The position numbers were made by a program, and so were the translations under genes. Below the pieces are notes generated by a model that saw only the letters and a list, made by a program, of their open reading frames with translations, was not told the DNA's origin and did not search any database. A stretch of 64,000 bases of DNA from Candidatus Sumerlaeota bacterium. GTDB taxonomy: Bacteria > Sumerlaeota > Sumerlaeia > Sumerlaeales > Sumerlaeaceae. Positions 30,888-39,418 of the stretch are shown here, one piece after another. The number at the start of each line of letters is the position of its first letter. The stretch's first letter is position 1. The DNA lies in the NCBI GenBank assembly GCA_026398535.1, contig JAPLSQ010000076.1, positions 10,237-74,236 on the forward strand, given 5' to 3'.

Positions 30888-32233
30888 GCTGAACGCAGCT
30901 TGATCTCCGAGATGGCGCGCTTGGCGTCCTTGTTTTTGGGGTCGAGCTCGAGTACGCGCTGGAATTCGATGAGCGCGTTGCGGCGGTCGCCCTTTTTCAA
31001 AAGTGTTTCAGCGATCTGCAGGTGAAGCTCCCACTCGTTGGGCATCATTTTCTGCAGTTCTTTAAAATGAACCAGCGCCTGCGTGCACAGCCCCTGCTCC
31101 TTGAGTTTTTTGCCGACAGCGAGCCGGGCGCGCATGATGGAATCCTTGATGACGTGATTTTTCGGGTCAACACTCATGCCCCGCCGCCATGTGCTGAACG
31201 CGACGTCGAACTTGCCGCTGTTGAGATAGGCCCATCCAAGAAGGTTGACGATGTCAAGGTTTCGAATGTGTTTTTCCTGCAGATGACGCAGTTCCCTGAT
31301 GGCCTCGTCGTAATGTTTCTCCTCCATGAGTGCGGCGGCGATGTTGTAGCGCGCCTCGAAGTCATCCGGGTTGAATTTGAGTATTTCGCGGTATTGGGCG
31401 ATGGCTTCCTGTTTTGTTTCCGGCGTGGGAAGGCTTTCAAGCGCCCGGCCGCCGTGGTGTTTGTGCACCTCGATGATGCACTGGCGGATGTACTCGTCGT
31501 CAGGCGTCTTGTCCAGACGTGCTTTCCAGCGCTTCACGGTTTCTGTCCAGTAGCGCTGGGACTTTTCGCGGTTGCCGGTCTTGTCGGCGGCAAGGGCGAG
31601 ATTGTGGATGATGTCGACCTTTTCCGGCATCATCTGCAACGATTTTTCCCAAAGCTCGATGGCTTCATCGGTCAAATCGTGCAGGGCGTAATAGTAGCCC
31701 AGGTAATCGTAGCTGTAGATCAGATTGCTCTTGGCGCGCTGGTTTGTGGCATCGAGTTTGAGAATTTCCTCCCAGTCCTTCGCCGCTTCTGACCACATGC
31801 GTTTGCGCGTCTGAAGGAAGCTGTCCTTCATGTGCAACGTGATCAGCGCGGATTTGCCGGCGGCATCGGAGGGATCGCGCTCGAGGCTTTCGCGGGTCTG
31901 ATGGAGGCGCGCGCTTATGGCGTCCTGTGTTTCCTCATCCTCTTCCTCAGCGGTGAAGATAAAATCGCCCTGAGGAGGATTGAACGTGAACACATCTTCC
32001 CTCGCGCGTTTTTTCGGATCGCGCAGTTTTTCGTAAGCGCTTTGAATGCTCATGAAGCGTTCAGTGTGAATTTCGGGATCGAAACGCTTCACCATTTCAA
32101 TGTAGGCGCCTTTGATCTCCTGCTCGGAGGAGCCTTTGCGCACGTTAAGCACTATGTAGGCGTTTTGTTCGGGCATGCCGATTTTCAATCCAATCAACTT
32201 CGTCAAGGGCGCTTTTTCACCATTGACCAGCAC
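30884..32233 (-). CDS. J-like domain plus TPR-repeat protein. The J-like domain lacks the HPD motif.
   Basis: Residues about 20-80 align with the J domain (AYIVLNV..EIKGAYIEMVKRFDPEIH..FMSIQSAYEKLRDPKKRA), but YHPD is replaced by RFDPE. The rest is made of TPR-like helical repeats. The track start is GTG at 32233; an in-frame ATG lies at 32176. Confidence 0.65.
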   Translation of the reverse strand: MLVNGEKAPLTKLIGLKIGMPEQNAYIVLNVRKGSSEQEIKGAYIEMVKRFDPEIHTERFMSIQSAYEKLRDPKKRAREDVFTFNPPQGDFIFTAEEEDEETQDAISARLHQTRESLERDPSDAAGKSALITLHMKDSFLQTRKRMWSEAAKDWEEILKLDATNQRAKSNLIYSYDYLGYYYALHDLTDEAIELWEKSLQMMPEKVDIIHNLALAADKTGNREKSQRYWTETVKRWKARLDKTPDDEYIRQCIIEVHKHHGGRALESLPTPETKQEAIAQYREILKFNPDDFEARYNIAAALMEEKHYDEAIRELRHLQEKHIRNLDIVNLLGWAYLNSGKFDVAFSTWRRGMSVDPKNHVIKDSIMRARLAVGKKLKEQGLCTQALVHFKELQKMMPNEWELHLQIAETLLKKGDRRNALIEFQRVLELDPKNKDAKRAISEIKLRSA

Positions 32234-32258
32234 AACATTTACTCATGGTTTGGCAAAT

Positions 32259-32984
32259 TCAATCTTTTCCGGCAGTGGCATGTTCAACCAATGCCTGAAA
32301 CAAACGCAGGTGTTCGGTTTCGCCGGCAAGCCGTTCGGGATGCCACTGGATGGCGATTCCAAAAGGGTGGTCTGTCAGCTCAATAGCCTCGATGATGCCG
32401 TCGTCGGGGCAGCGGGCCGATACGAGCGCCCCCCGGGGCGGCGGCTGCCCGATGGCTTGATGGTGCGAGCTGTTGGCGGAAATTTCATCAGCGCCCAGCA
32501 CGGCGCGCAGTTGCGTTCCGGCCTCGATGACGACCTTGTGGCGGTTGACGCATGGCGACTGCTGCCTGGAGTGCGGCACGCTGGAGTTTGTCTGGCTCGG
32601 GATGTCTTGGATGATTTTGCCGCCAAGCGCGGCGTTGATCTCCTGGCATCCAAGGCAGACAGCGAGAAATGGCTTGCGAGCGGCTATGACCTGCCCGATG
32701 AGAGCAAAATCAAAATCCTCGCGTCTTGGATCCATGATGGTTGTCATGGGATGACATGGCTGACCCAGACGCGCCGGGTTGATGTCGTGGCCGCCGATAA
32801 ACAGGAAACCGTCGCACATGGCCGTTTGCCGGGCGATATCCGCCGCGTCGTCAATGGGCGGAAGGATAACGGGAATTCCGCCGGCTTTTACCACAGAGTC
32901 GGCATATCCGCAGCCAACGGCAAAGGAGACTTCGCCGGTTTCGCTGACGTGGATTGTCGAGTTGATGCCGATGACCGGCTTCAT
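32259..32984 (-). CDS. Gamma-glutamyl-gamma-aminobutyrate hydrolase family protein (peptidase C26 / class I glutamine amidotransferase-like).
   Basis: Catalytic-triad context (LAVCLGCQ, HHQAI, IQWHPE) typical of the PuuD family. Confidence 0.75.
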   Translation of the reverse strand: MKPVIGINSTIHVSETGEVSFAVGCGYADSVVKAGGIPVILPPIDDAADIARQTAMCDGFLFIGGHDINPARLGQPCHPMTTIMDPRREDFDFALIGQVIAARKPFLAVCLGCQEINAALGGKIIQDIPSQTNSSVPHSRQQSPCVNRHKVVIEAGTQLRAVLGADEISANSSHHQAIGQPPPRGALVSARCPDDGIIEAIELTDHPFGIAIQWHPERLAGETEHLRLFQALVEHATAGKD

Positions 32985-34567
32985 ATATGAATCAACCGGG
33001 CGGAAATGATGTCGGGCAGGGCTGTGAGCTCATCCAGCAGTTCCTTGCGAATCTCCTGGTCGACATTGATGACCGTGATGGCCTCGTTGCCGTCTTCCGT
33101 GCGCCCCCATGTCATCTGTCCGATATTGATGCGGCGGTTGCCCAGCAGCGTGCCGACGCTTCCGATAATGCCGGGGACATCGCGGTTTTCGATAACCACG
33201 AGGAAACCCTCGGGCGTGACATCAAAAAATTTGTCGTTCACGACCACGATGCGCGGGAATTTGTTGTGCGCGAGGGTGCCGCCGACCCACACGGCCTCGC
33301 CGGCCTCGGTGACGACTTCGACGCTGATGAGGTTGGTGAAATCGAAAACTTTTGTGGATTTGACTTCCACGACCTCAATGCCGCGTTCCTTGGCAATCAG
33401 GCCGGCATTGACAAAGTTGACCGTGCTCTCAGTGATCGGATCGAGAAAACCCACAAGGGCCGATATGCTGATCGGCGCGATGGGATAATCGGCGATGGCG
33501 CCGCTGCATGAGACGCGCAACTGGCTGACGGGCTTGCCGGCGAATTGCGACACGAATTTGCCGAGCCGGCGGGCAAGATCAATATAAGGACGCAACTGCT
33601 CAAGGACCGACGGATCGGCCGACGGGGCGTTGACCGCGTTGCGGATGACGCGCCCGCTTAGACAGTCCACGATCTGCTCGGCGACTTCCTTGGCCACCCC
33701 CTCCTGCGCCTCGCTGGTGGCGGCGCCAAGGTGGGGCGTCAGCGCCACATTGTCGAACGCGCGCAGGGGATGATCCGCCGGAAGGGGCTCCTGCTCGAAA
33801 ACATCCAGCGCGGCGCCCGCAACTTTGCCGCTCTTGAGCGCCTCGACGAGAGCAGCCTCCTGGATGATGCCGCCCCGCGCGCAGTTGATGATGCGAACAC
33901 TCTTTTTCATCATGTCGAATTGGGCCGGGCCGATCAATCCGCGCGTGGCGTCATTGAGCGGTGTGTGAACTGTGATGAAATCCGACTCCTTGCATATTTC
34001 ATCTATGCCAGCCTGCGTGATGCCCAGCCGTTTGACGACCTCGGCCGACATGTAGGGATCGTAAGCCATGACCCGCATGCCAAAGGCCAGCGCACGCTTG
34101 GCCACTTCGGTGCCAATGCGGCCCAGGCCGACAATGCCCAGCGTCTTGCGGTAGAGCTCCACACCCACATACTTTTTTTTGTCCCACCGTCCCTCGTGCA
34201 TCGAGCGGTCAGCCTGGGGCGTCGAACGCGCCAGCGACATGATCATGGCCATGGTGTGTTCGGCGGTCGATATCGTGTTGCCGCCCGGCGTGTTCATCAC
34301 GATGATGCCCAGCTTCGATGCGGTTTTTACGTCGACATTGTCCACGCCAACCCCCGCCCGCCCGATAACCTTGAGTTTCCCGGGATTGCTGAGAGTTTCG
34401 GCGCTGACGGTGGTGCGGCTCCGTATCACAAGCGCGTCATATTCGCCAATCTCTTTTGCCAATTCTTCAGCGGTGATTTCGGGCTTCTCCACAACCTCGT
34501 AACCGCCCGATTGAAGGATGACCAGACCCTCTTTGGATATTTTATCACTGACCAGGATACGTGCCAT
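32981..34567 (-). CDS. serA: D-3-phosphoglycerate dehydrogenase (long form with ASB and ACT domains).
   Basis: MARILVSDKIS..., NAD-binding motif GIVGLGRIGTEVA, catalytic region, and a C-terminal ACT domain. ATG at 34567; 4-bp overlap with the downstream hydrolase gene. Confidence 0.9.
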   Translation of the reverse strand: MARILVSDKISKEGLVILQSGGYEVVEKPEITAEELAKEIGEYDALVIRSRTTVSAETLSNPGKLKVIGRAGVGVDNVDVKTASKLGIIVMNTPGGNTISTAEHTMAMIMSLARSTPQADRSMHEGRWDKKKYVGVELYRKTLGIVGLGRIGTEVAKRALAFGMRVMAYDPYMSAEVVKRLGITQAGIDEICKESDFITVHTPLNDATRGLIGPAQFDMMKKSVRIINCARGGIIQEAALVEALKSGKVAGAALDVFEQEPLPADHPLRAFDNVALTPHLGAATSEAQEGVAKEVAEQIVDCLSGRVIRNAVNAPSADPSVLEQLRPYIDLARRLGKFVSQFAGKPVSQLRVSCSGAIADYPIAPISISALVGFLDPITESTVNFVNAGLIAKERGIEVVEVKSTKVFDFTNLISVEVVTEAGEAVWVGGTLAHNKFPRIVVVNDKFFDVTPEGFLVVIENRDVPGIIGSVGTLLGNRRINIGQMTWGRTEDGNEAITVINVDQEIRKELLDELTALPDIISARLIHI

Positions 34568-34761
34568 CGGCCTGCCTCGCATTAGAATGATATTGAACTG
34601 CGCATGATGAAAGGATTGCTCCCTTGGTCATTACGTCAGAGTCAGACACTATGCGCCGTTAAGTATTGCTGGTGTAAAGCATATTTTTCATCTTGCGCGT
34701 TGCCATTGCGGGGGGGAATAAATGAAATGCTTGATATGAAACCCATCGGAGACAGGATGCC

Positions 34762-35451
34762 ATGAAGATGTTGTCGAACTTTCTGCACGCTTACGGGCGC
34801 ACGATTGCGCTTCGGGAAAAAGGGCGCCCGGAGGCCAAACAGAAATTTCAACCGGCCATCGCGGTTTCGCGCGAGGTGGGCAGCGGCGGGCGCCTTGTGG
34901 CGCAGGCGCTGGCCGACAAACTCGGATTCCAGTTGTGCGATAAATCCATTCTCGAGCAGATCGCCACGCGCAACAATGTCCCGAAAGATCTGATCGAGCT
35001 GCTGGACGAGTGTCCGGGACGCAGTCTTGAAATTTTCGGCGCAAGCCTCATGCGCGGCGTGAGCTTTTCGCACTCCGATTTTGACCGGTTTCTGCGGGCG
35101 ACGATCAACGCGCTGCTGGAGCTGGGGAGCGTCGTCATCGTGGGCCGCGGCGCCGTCTGCCTGGCCCGTCCCGGACAGGCTCTGCGGTTGCGGATTGTGG
35201 CGCCCCTCGAGATGCGAATCAGAAATTATGCGGGATACGAGAAAATCACCGAAACCGAGTCGCGCAAACGGTTGAAAGCCATTGAGGATGAGAGAGCAAA
35301 ATTCATGCGCCGCTTCTTCGGCCGCAGCAGCGCGGTTTCGCATGCCTTCGACCTCGCCATCAACACCGAAGGCATCTCCATCGATACGGCTGTCGAGATG
35401 TCGCTTGAAGCTTATCATCGCATCTGCAAATGCAAACAACACGCCGGCTGA
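34762..35451 (+). CDS. Cytidylate kinase-like family protein (Cytidylate_kin2-type P-loop).
   Basis: IAVSREVGSGGRLVAQALADKLGFQLCDKSILEQIA matches the cytidylate-kinase-like family signature. The antisense 344-aa ORF is rejected. Confidence 0.6.
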   Translation: MKMLSNFLHAYGRTIALREKGRPEAKQKFQPAIAVSREVGSGGRLVAQALADKLGFQLCDKSILEQIATRNNVPKDLIELLDECPGRSLEIFGASLMRGVSFSHSDFDRFLRATINALLELGSVVIVGRGAVCLARPGQALRLRIVAPLEMRIRNYAGYEKITETESRKRLKAIEDERAKFMRRFFGRSSAVSHAFDLAINTEGISIDTAVEMSLEAYHRICKCKQHAG

Positions 35452-35624
35452 AACAGACCGCGCGCCAAACCTGCCGGGCGGCAGGATAATAAACACTTCA
35501 CGGGCATTGTCATGCCGGCGGTTGTCCGGGTCCTCGCGGGAGCTCTCATCGGCGCGTATGCGTGGAGCGGCCCCGGGCGCGACCGCATCAGGTGGTTTGT
35601 TGATACACTGCCGGTTTCGCGCAG

Positions 35625-36440
35625 TTATTCGATGCTGAACAGAATGGGATCGGAGCGAACGCTGATGATTTTCCATCCGCCGGGCGTTTTTTTCAGCGCG
35701 TAGCGCTCGTCCTTGGCGCGCGCAACGCCCGAAGTGGCGTCCTCGCGCAGACAGTCGACCTTGGCCACATTGTGCGAGATGTTGACATAAACGTCGAGCG
35801 CCTTGCGCGTTGTGTTCTCTCCCTGCTCGTCGGCATAAAGCTGCGCGCGGCGTCTGACATATTCCTCCCGACCAACGCCGCCAAGCATTTCTTCGCCAAG
35901 CGTGTCATACTCGCGCGCGAAAGCCCGCGTGTTCCAGCTTTCAATAAAGACGCGCACCACTTCGCCCGGGTCGTCGAACGCGGCGGGATGAGGCCCGGAA
36001 GATTTTACGGCGGCCGCGCCCGTGTCGGTGGCAGCCCGTGCATGGGCGGATGAAATATATTGTCCGCGTCGAAGCTGGTATTCAACGCGGCCGAGAATGT
36101 TGAGCGCGTCGAATGGCTTCGTGATGAAATCATCGCACCCGAGCCCCGATGCCCAGTATGATTCGGGCTTGCCGCTGTTGGCGGTCATGGACGTGACAAT
36201 GATAAGCGGCGTTTCGGCCAGCCCGGCTGAGGAGCGCACACGTTTGCATATTTCCATTCCGCTCATGCCCGGCAGCCGCAACTCCATGATGACCAGATCG
36301 GGTCTTTCATTCACGATGATGGTCCAGCCCTCGGCGCCGTCGCATGCGGCAAGCACTTCGTAACCTTTCGGTTCGAGAATTGAACGCAACGCCAGCGATG
36401 ACTCCGGCGATTCTTCGATGATGAGAATTCGTTTGGACAT
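35625..36440 (-). CDS. Orphan response regulator: REC domain fused to an NTF2/SnoaL-like (DUF4440-like) C-terminal domain.
   Basis: REC motifs (ILIIEESPESS, DLVIMELRLPGMSG, KPF), then about 130 aa with an NTF2-like pattern (VVRVFIESWNTRAFAREYD...GGWKIISVRSDPI). ATG at 36440. Confidence 0.65.
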   Translation of the reverse strand: MSKRILIIEESPESSLALRSILEPKGYEVLAACDGAEGWTIIVNERPDLVIMELRLPGMSGMEICKRVRSSAGLAETPLIIVTSMTANSGKPESYWASGLGCDDFITKPFDALNILGRVEYQLRRGQYISSAHARAATDTGAAAVKSSGPHPAAFDDPGEVVRVFIESWNTRAFAREYDTLGEEMLGGVGREEYVRRRAQLYADEQGENTTRKALDVYVNISHNVAKVDCLREDATSGVARAKDERYALKKTPGGWKIISVRSDPILFSIE

Positions 36441-36709
36441 GACCGATGAATTTCTTAACAACCGCGCGGCGGATACAATTCAATTCTTGCGACGGGCGAA
36501 TTGTTGTCATACTAAGCAATCATCATTATAATATGCTATGATCATACGATCACATTATATTGATAATACCATGCAATAAAATGATATGACCGCTGCGGCG
36601 CGCAAAATGACGCTGTTTGTGACATCCGCGAACGCATTGCGGGGGCGGGCCGAAAAAGAGGGTCTCGATCGCTGATCTGGTTGAATTTATGATATTTGTC
36701 AAATCGCTA

Positions 36710-36798
36710 TTGACAGCAAAATACAATATATAGCATATACGCAAATGTTCTGTGTACAAAATATGCGCGTGGCATCAATATGTTGTACACATGTTGGT
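36710..36798 (+). promoter_or_regulatory. Putative nrdJ promoter/operator region with AT-rich palindromic NrdR-box-like motifs.
   Basis: TTGACA at 36710-36715 followed by AT-rich stretches (acaatatatagcatat, tgtacaaaatatgc, caatatgttgtacacatgttg) inside a roughly 400-bp AT-rich leader in a GC-rich genome. NrdR is encoded in the window. Confidence 0.35.
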
Positions 36799-36862
36799 CA
36801 CAGGCTATCCACAAACCTGCCCACTGCCGCTGTGGATTACTCGCTCTCGTAGGAGAAGTATC

Positions 36863-39250
36863 ATGAAGATGACGCCGACAGATGGTATGGAGATGCCTTC
36901 TCGCCCAAGGCGCCGTGAGACAGATTTTAGCGATAACGCGCTCACGGTTCTGAGAAAACGTTATTTCATGAAAAATGAGGCGGGCGAACCGGTTGAGTCG
37001 CCCGAGGAAATGATCTGGCGGGTCGCCTCGAATATTGCCGAGGCGGAGCGTGCCTTTCCCGCCGGTGAGAACCGTTTTGAAGAGTTCTGTGAAAAGTTTT
37101 ATAGTTTGATGGCGTCCTGCGAGTTCATGCCGAATTCCCCGACCCTGATGAATGCTGGTAAAGGTAGACCGCAGCAGTTAAGCGCCTGTTTCGTTATTCC
37201 CGTTGAGGACGCCATCGATTCAATTTTTGACGCAGTAAAGCATGCCGCCATCATCCACAAGACTGGTGGCGGCACCGGATTTGCCTTCTCGCGCCTGAGA
37301 CCCAAAAACGACCGCGTGCGTTCGACCAAAGGCGTCTCAAGCGGCCCTGTTTCCTTCATGAAAGTGTTCAATTCCGCCACTGAGGCCATCAAACAGGGCG
37401 GAACGCGAAGGGGCGCAAACATGGGCATTCTATCTGTCCATCACCCTGATATACTTGAATTTATAGAATGCAAGGCCGACATGACTTCGGTCACCAATTT
37501 CAACATCTCAGTGGCCATCAGCGAAAAGTTCATGGAGGCCGTTCTCAAAAACGAGGAGTACGAACTCGTCAACCCCAAGAACGACCGGGTTGTCGGACGC
37601 CTTAATGCCCGTGAAGTTTTCGACAAGATCGTCGACAACGCTTGGAAAAACGGCGATCCGGGGATCGTGTTCATTGACCGCATCAACCACGACAATCCCA
37701 CACCAGCCTTGGGATTAATGGAAAGCACCAATCCCTGCGGAGAACAGCCCCTGTTGCCTTATGAGGCCTGCAATCTCGGGTCGGTGAACCTCGCGAAAAT
37801 GGTCAGGCTCGTGCCAGGCGCCCCGACAAGCCAAAAAGGCGTTTATGAGGTTGCGTGCGATAGCTATGTCTCGCGAAATCCGCTCCATGACGGCACATGC
37901 TGGGTTATCGATTGGGACAAACTGGCCGAAACCGCGCGCACAGCCATCCGGTTTCTCGATGATGTGATCGAAATGTCGGATTTCCCGTTGCCAGCGATCG
38001 AAAACATCGTCAAGAACGGCAACCGAAAGGTGGGACTGGGAGTGATGGGATTCGCCGATTTGCTTTACATGCTTGGCATCCCTTATAATTGCCAGGAAGC
38101 CGCCGATCTTGGCGAACGCCTGATGGCTTTCATACAAAAAAACGCCTCAAGCGCTTCCGAGGTGTTCGCGAAGGAGCGCGGCGCCTTCGGCAATTTTTCG
38201 GCCTCAGTGTTCGCAGATACCTCGCACCACTGGTATAATGGGGGAAAACCGCGGCGCAACGCGACCGTGACGACCATTGCGCCGACCGGCACCATCTCCA
38301 TCATTTCGGGCTGCTCAAGCGGAATCGAACCGATGTTCGCCATCTGTTTCTACCGCAAGGTGCTTGACGGCGCGGAACTTGTGGATACCCATCCGTTCTT
38401 CGAGCAGGTGGCGCGATCGCGCGGATTCTACAGCGAGGTCATCATGAAGGAAGTTGCCATGCGTGGCTCTGTGCAAGAAGTCAGCGACATCCCCGAGGAC
38501 GTGCGGCGAGTCTTCATCACGGCGCACGATGTCTCGCCCCGATGGCACCTCGAACACCAGGCCGCGTTCCAGCGCTACTGCGAAAACGCTGTCAGCAAAA
38601 CAGTGAATTTCCCAAACCATGCCACACGCGAAGACGTCGCCGAAGTCTACAAACTGGCCTATCAAAAGGGATGTAAAGGCGTAACAATTTACCGCGATGG
38701 GTCTCGTGATGTGCAGGTGCTCAATATTGGTGTCGGAACCAGGAAAAAAGAAGAAGACCCAGGAATGCCCTCAACCATGAATGGCATCATATCACATAAG
38801 AACAATGGAACAGTGCAGGATTATAGCGTGCCGCGTCCAAGCCGAACGGAAACCCATGCGCCACAACCGGGTGTCATGCTATCTGGGTTGACGCTCTCGG
38901 CAGGCGGATGCAAGGTGCCCATACGTGCGGGAAACACAACATTTGGCGCCGGAAACAAACCAGGCGCGCTCATGCGCCGCTACTCAATTGATGTTGACCA
39001 TTCAGAACTTGAACAGATCTCGAGCGTCAGGGATTTCTACTTGTCGGACGGCAATGGGTTGCGCGTGCCGCTTCACCTGATTTCCCAGGAGGGTTCGGCC
39101 GCGCAGGGCGTCAAGTTTGTCATCGAGACAGGAGGTTGGCCTTACTCCGTGGGACAGACCAATCCCAAGTGTCCTGAATGTGGCGCACCCATGGCAATGG
39201 GCGAGGGATGCAGCACATGCTACAGATGTGGTTTTTCAAAATGCGGATAA
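36863..39250 (+). CDS. nrdJ: Adenosylcobalamin-dependent (class II) ribonucleoside-diphosphate reductase.
   Basis: N-terminal ATP-cone-like region, catalytic motifs (SNPCGEQPLLPYEACNLGS, TIAPTGTIS), and a C-terminal Cys-rich zinc-ribbon tail (CPECGAPM...CSTCYRCGFSKCG). ATG at 36863 with AGGAGAAG 5 nt upstream. Confidence 0.9.
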   Translation: MKMTPTDGMEMPSRPRRRETDFSDNALTVLRKRYFMKNEAGEPVESPEEMIWRVASNIAEAERAFPAGENRFEEFCEKFYSLMASCEFMPNSPTLMNAGKGRPQQLSACFVIPVEDAIDSIFDAVKHAAIIHKTGGGTGFAFSRLRPKNDRVRSTKGVSSGPVSFMKVFNSATEAIKQGGTRRGANMGILSVHHPDILEFIECKADMTSVTNFNISVAISEKFMEAVLKNEEYELVNPKNDRVVGRLNAREVFDKIVDNAWKNGDPGIVFIDRINHDNPTPALGLMESTNPCGEQPLLPYEACNLGSVNLAKMVRLVPGAPTSQKGVYEVACDSYVSRNPLHDGTCWVIDWDKLAETARTAIRFLDDVIEMSDFPLPAIENIVKNGNRKVGLGVMGFADLLYMLGIPYNCQEAADLGERLMAFIQKNASSASEVFAKERGAFGNFSASVFADTSHHWYNGGKPRRNATVTTIAPTGTISIISGCSSGIEPMFAICFYRKVLDGAELVDTHPFFEQVARSRGFYSEVIMKEVAMRGSVQEVSDIPEDVRRVFITAHDVSPRWHLEHQAAFQRYCENAVSKTVNFPNHATREDVAEVYKLAYQKGCKGVTIYRDGSRDVQVLNIGVGTRKKEEDPGMPSTMNGIISHKNNGTVQDYSVPRPSRTETHAPQPGVMLSGLTLSAGGCKVPIRAGNTTFGAGNKPGALMRRYSIDVDHSELEQISSVRDFYLSDGNGLRVPLHLISQEGSAAQGVKFVIETGGWPYSVGQTNPKCPECGAPMAMGEGCSTCYRCGFSKCG

Positions 39251-39418
39251 TGGCTGGTTGGTCTTGTCGTCGGAGTCAGCCCGGATGATGACAGTGCAGT
39301 GGTCGTCGGTGACGAGGCCGAGCGATCTTGCTGCGTCGGGTGAGTGGTCGCAGATGCGGTTTATCCACGCCGCCGGGCCGTAGTCAACGGCTGCGTGCAA
39401 CCTCCATACAGGGCGGCC

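Noticed and set aside
36462-36862. Cobalamin riboswitch in the nrdJ leader.
   Set aside because: B12 riboswitches usually control B12-independent RNRs, and I could not recognise the B12-box by eye. It is left as a suggested Rfam check only.
39251-39418. Possible attR-like copy of the tRNA-Lys 3' end at the distal (brxL) edge of the BREX island.
   Set aside because: Only a 5-nt GTGAC match was found. There is no convincing direct repeat and no integrase, so integration at the tRNA remains unproven.
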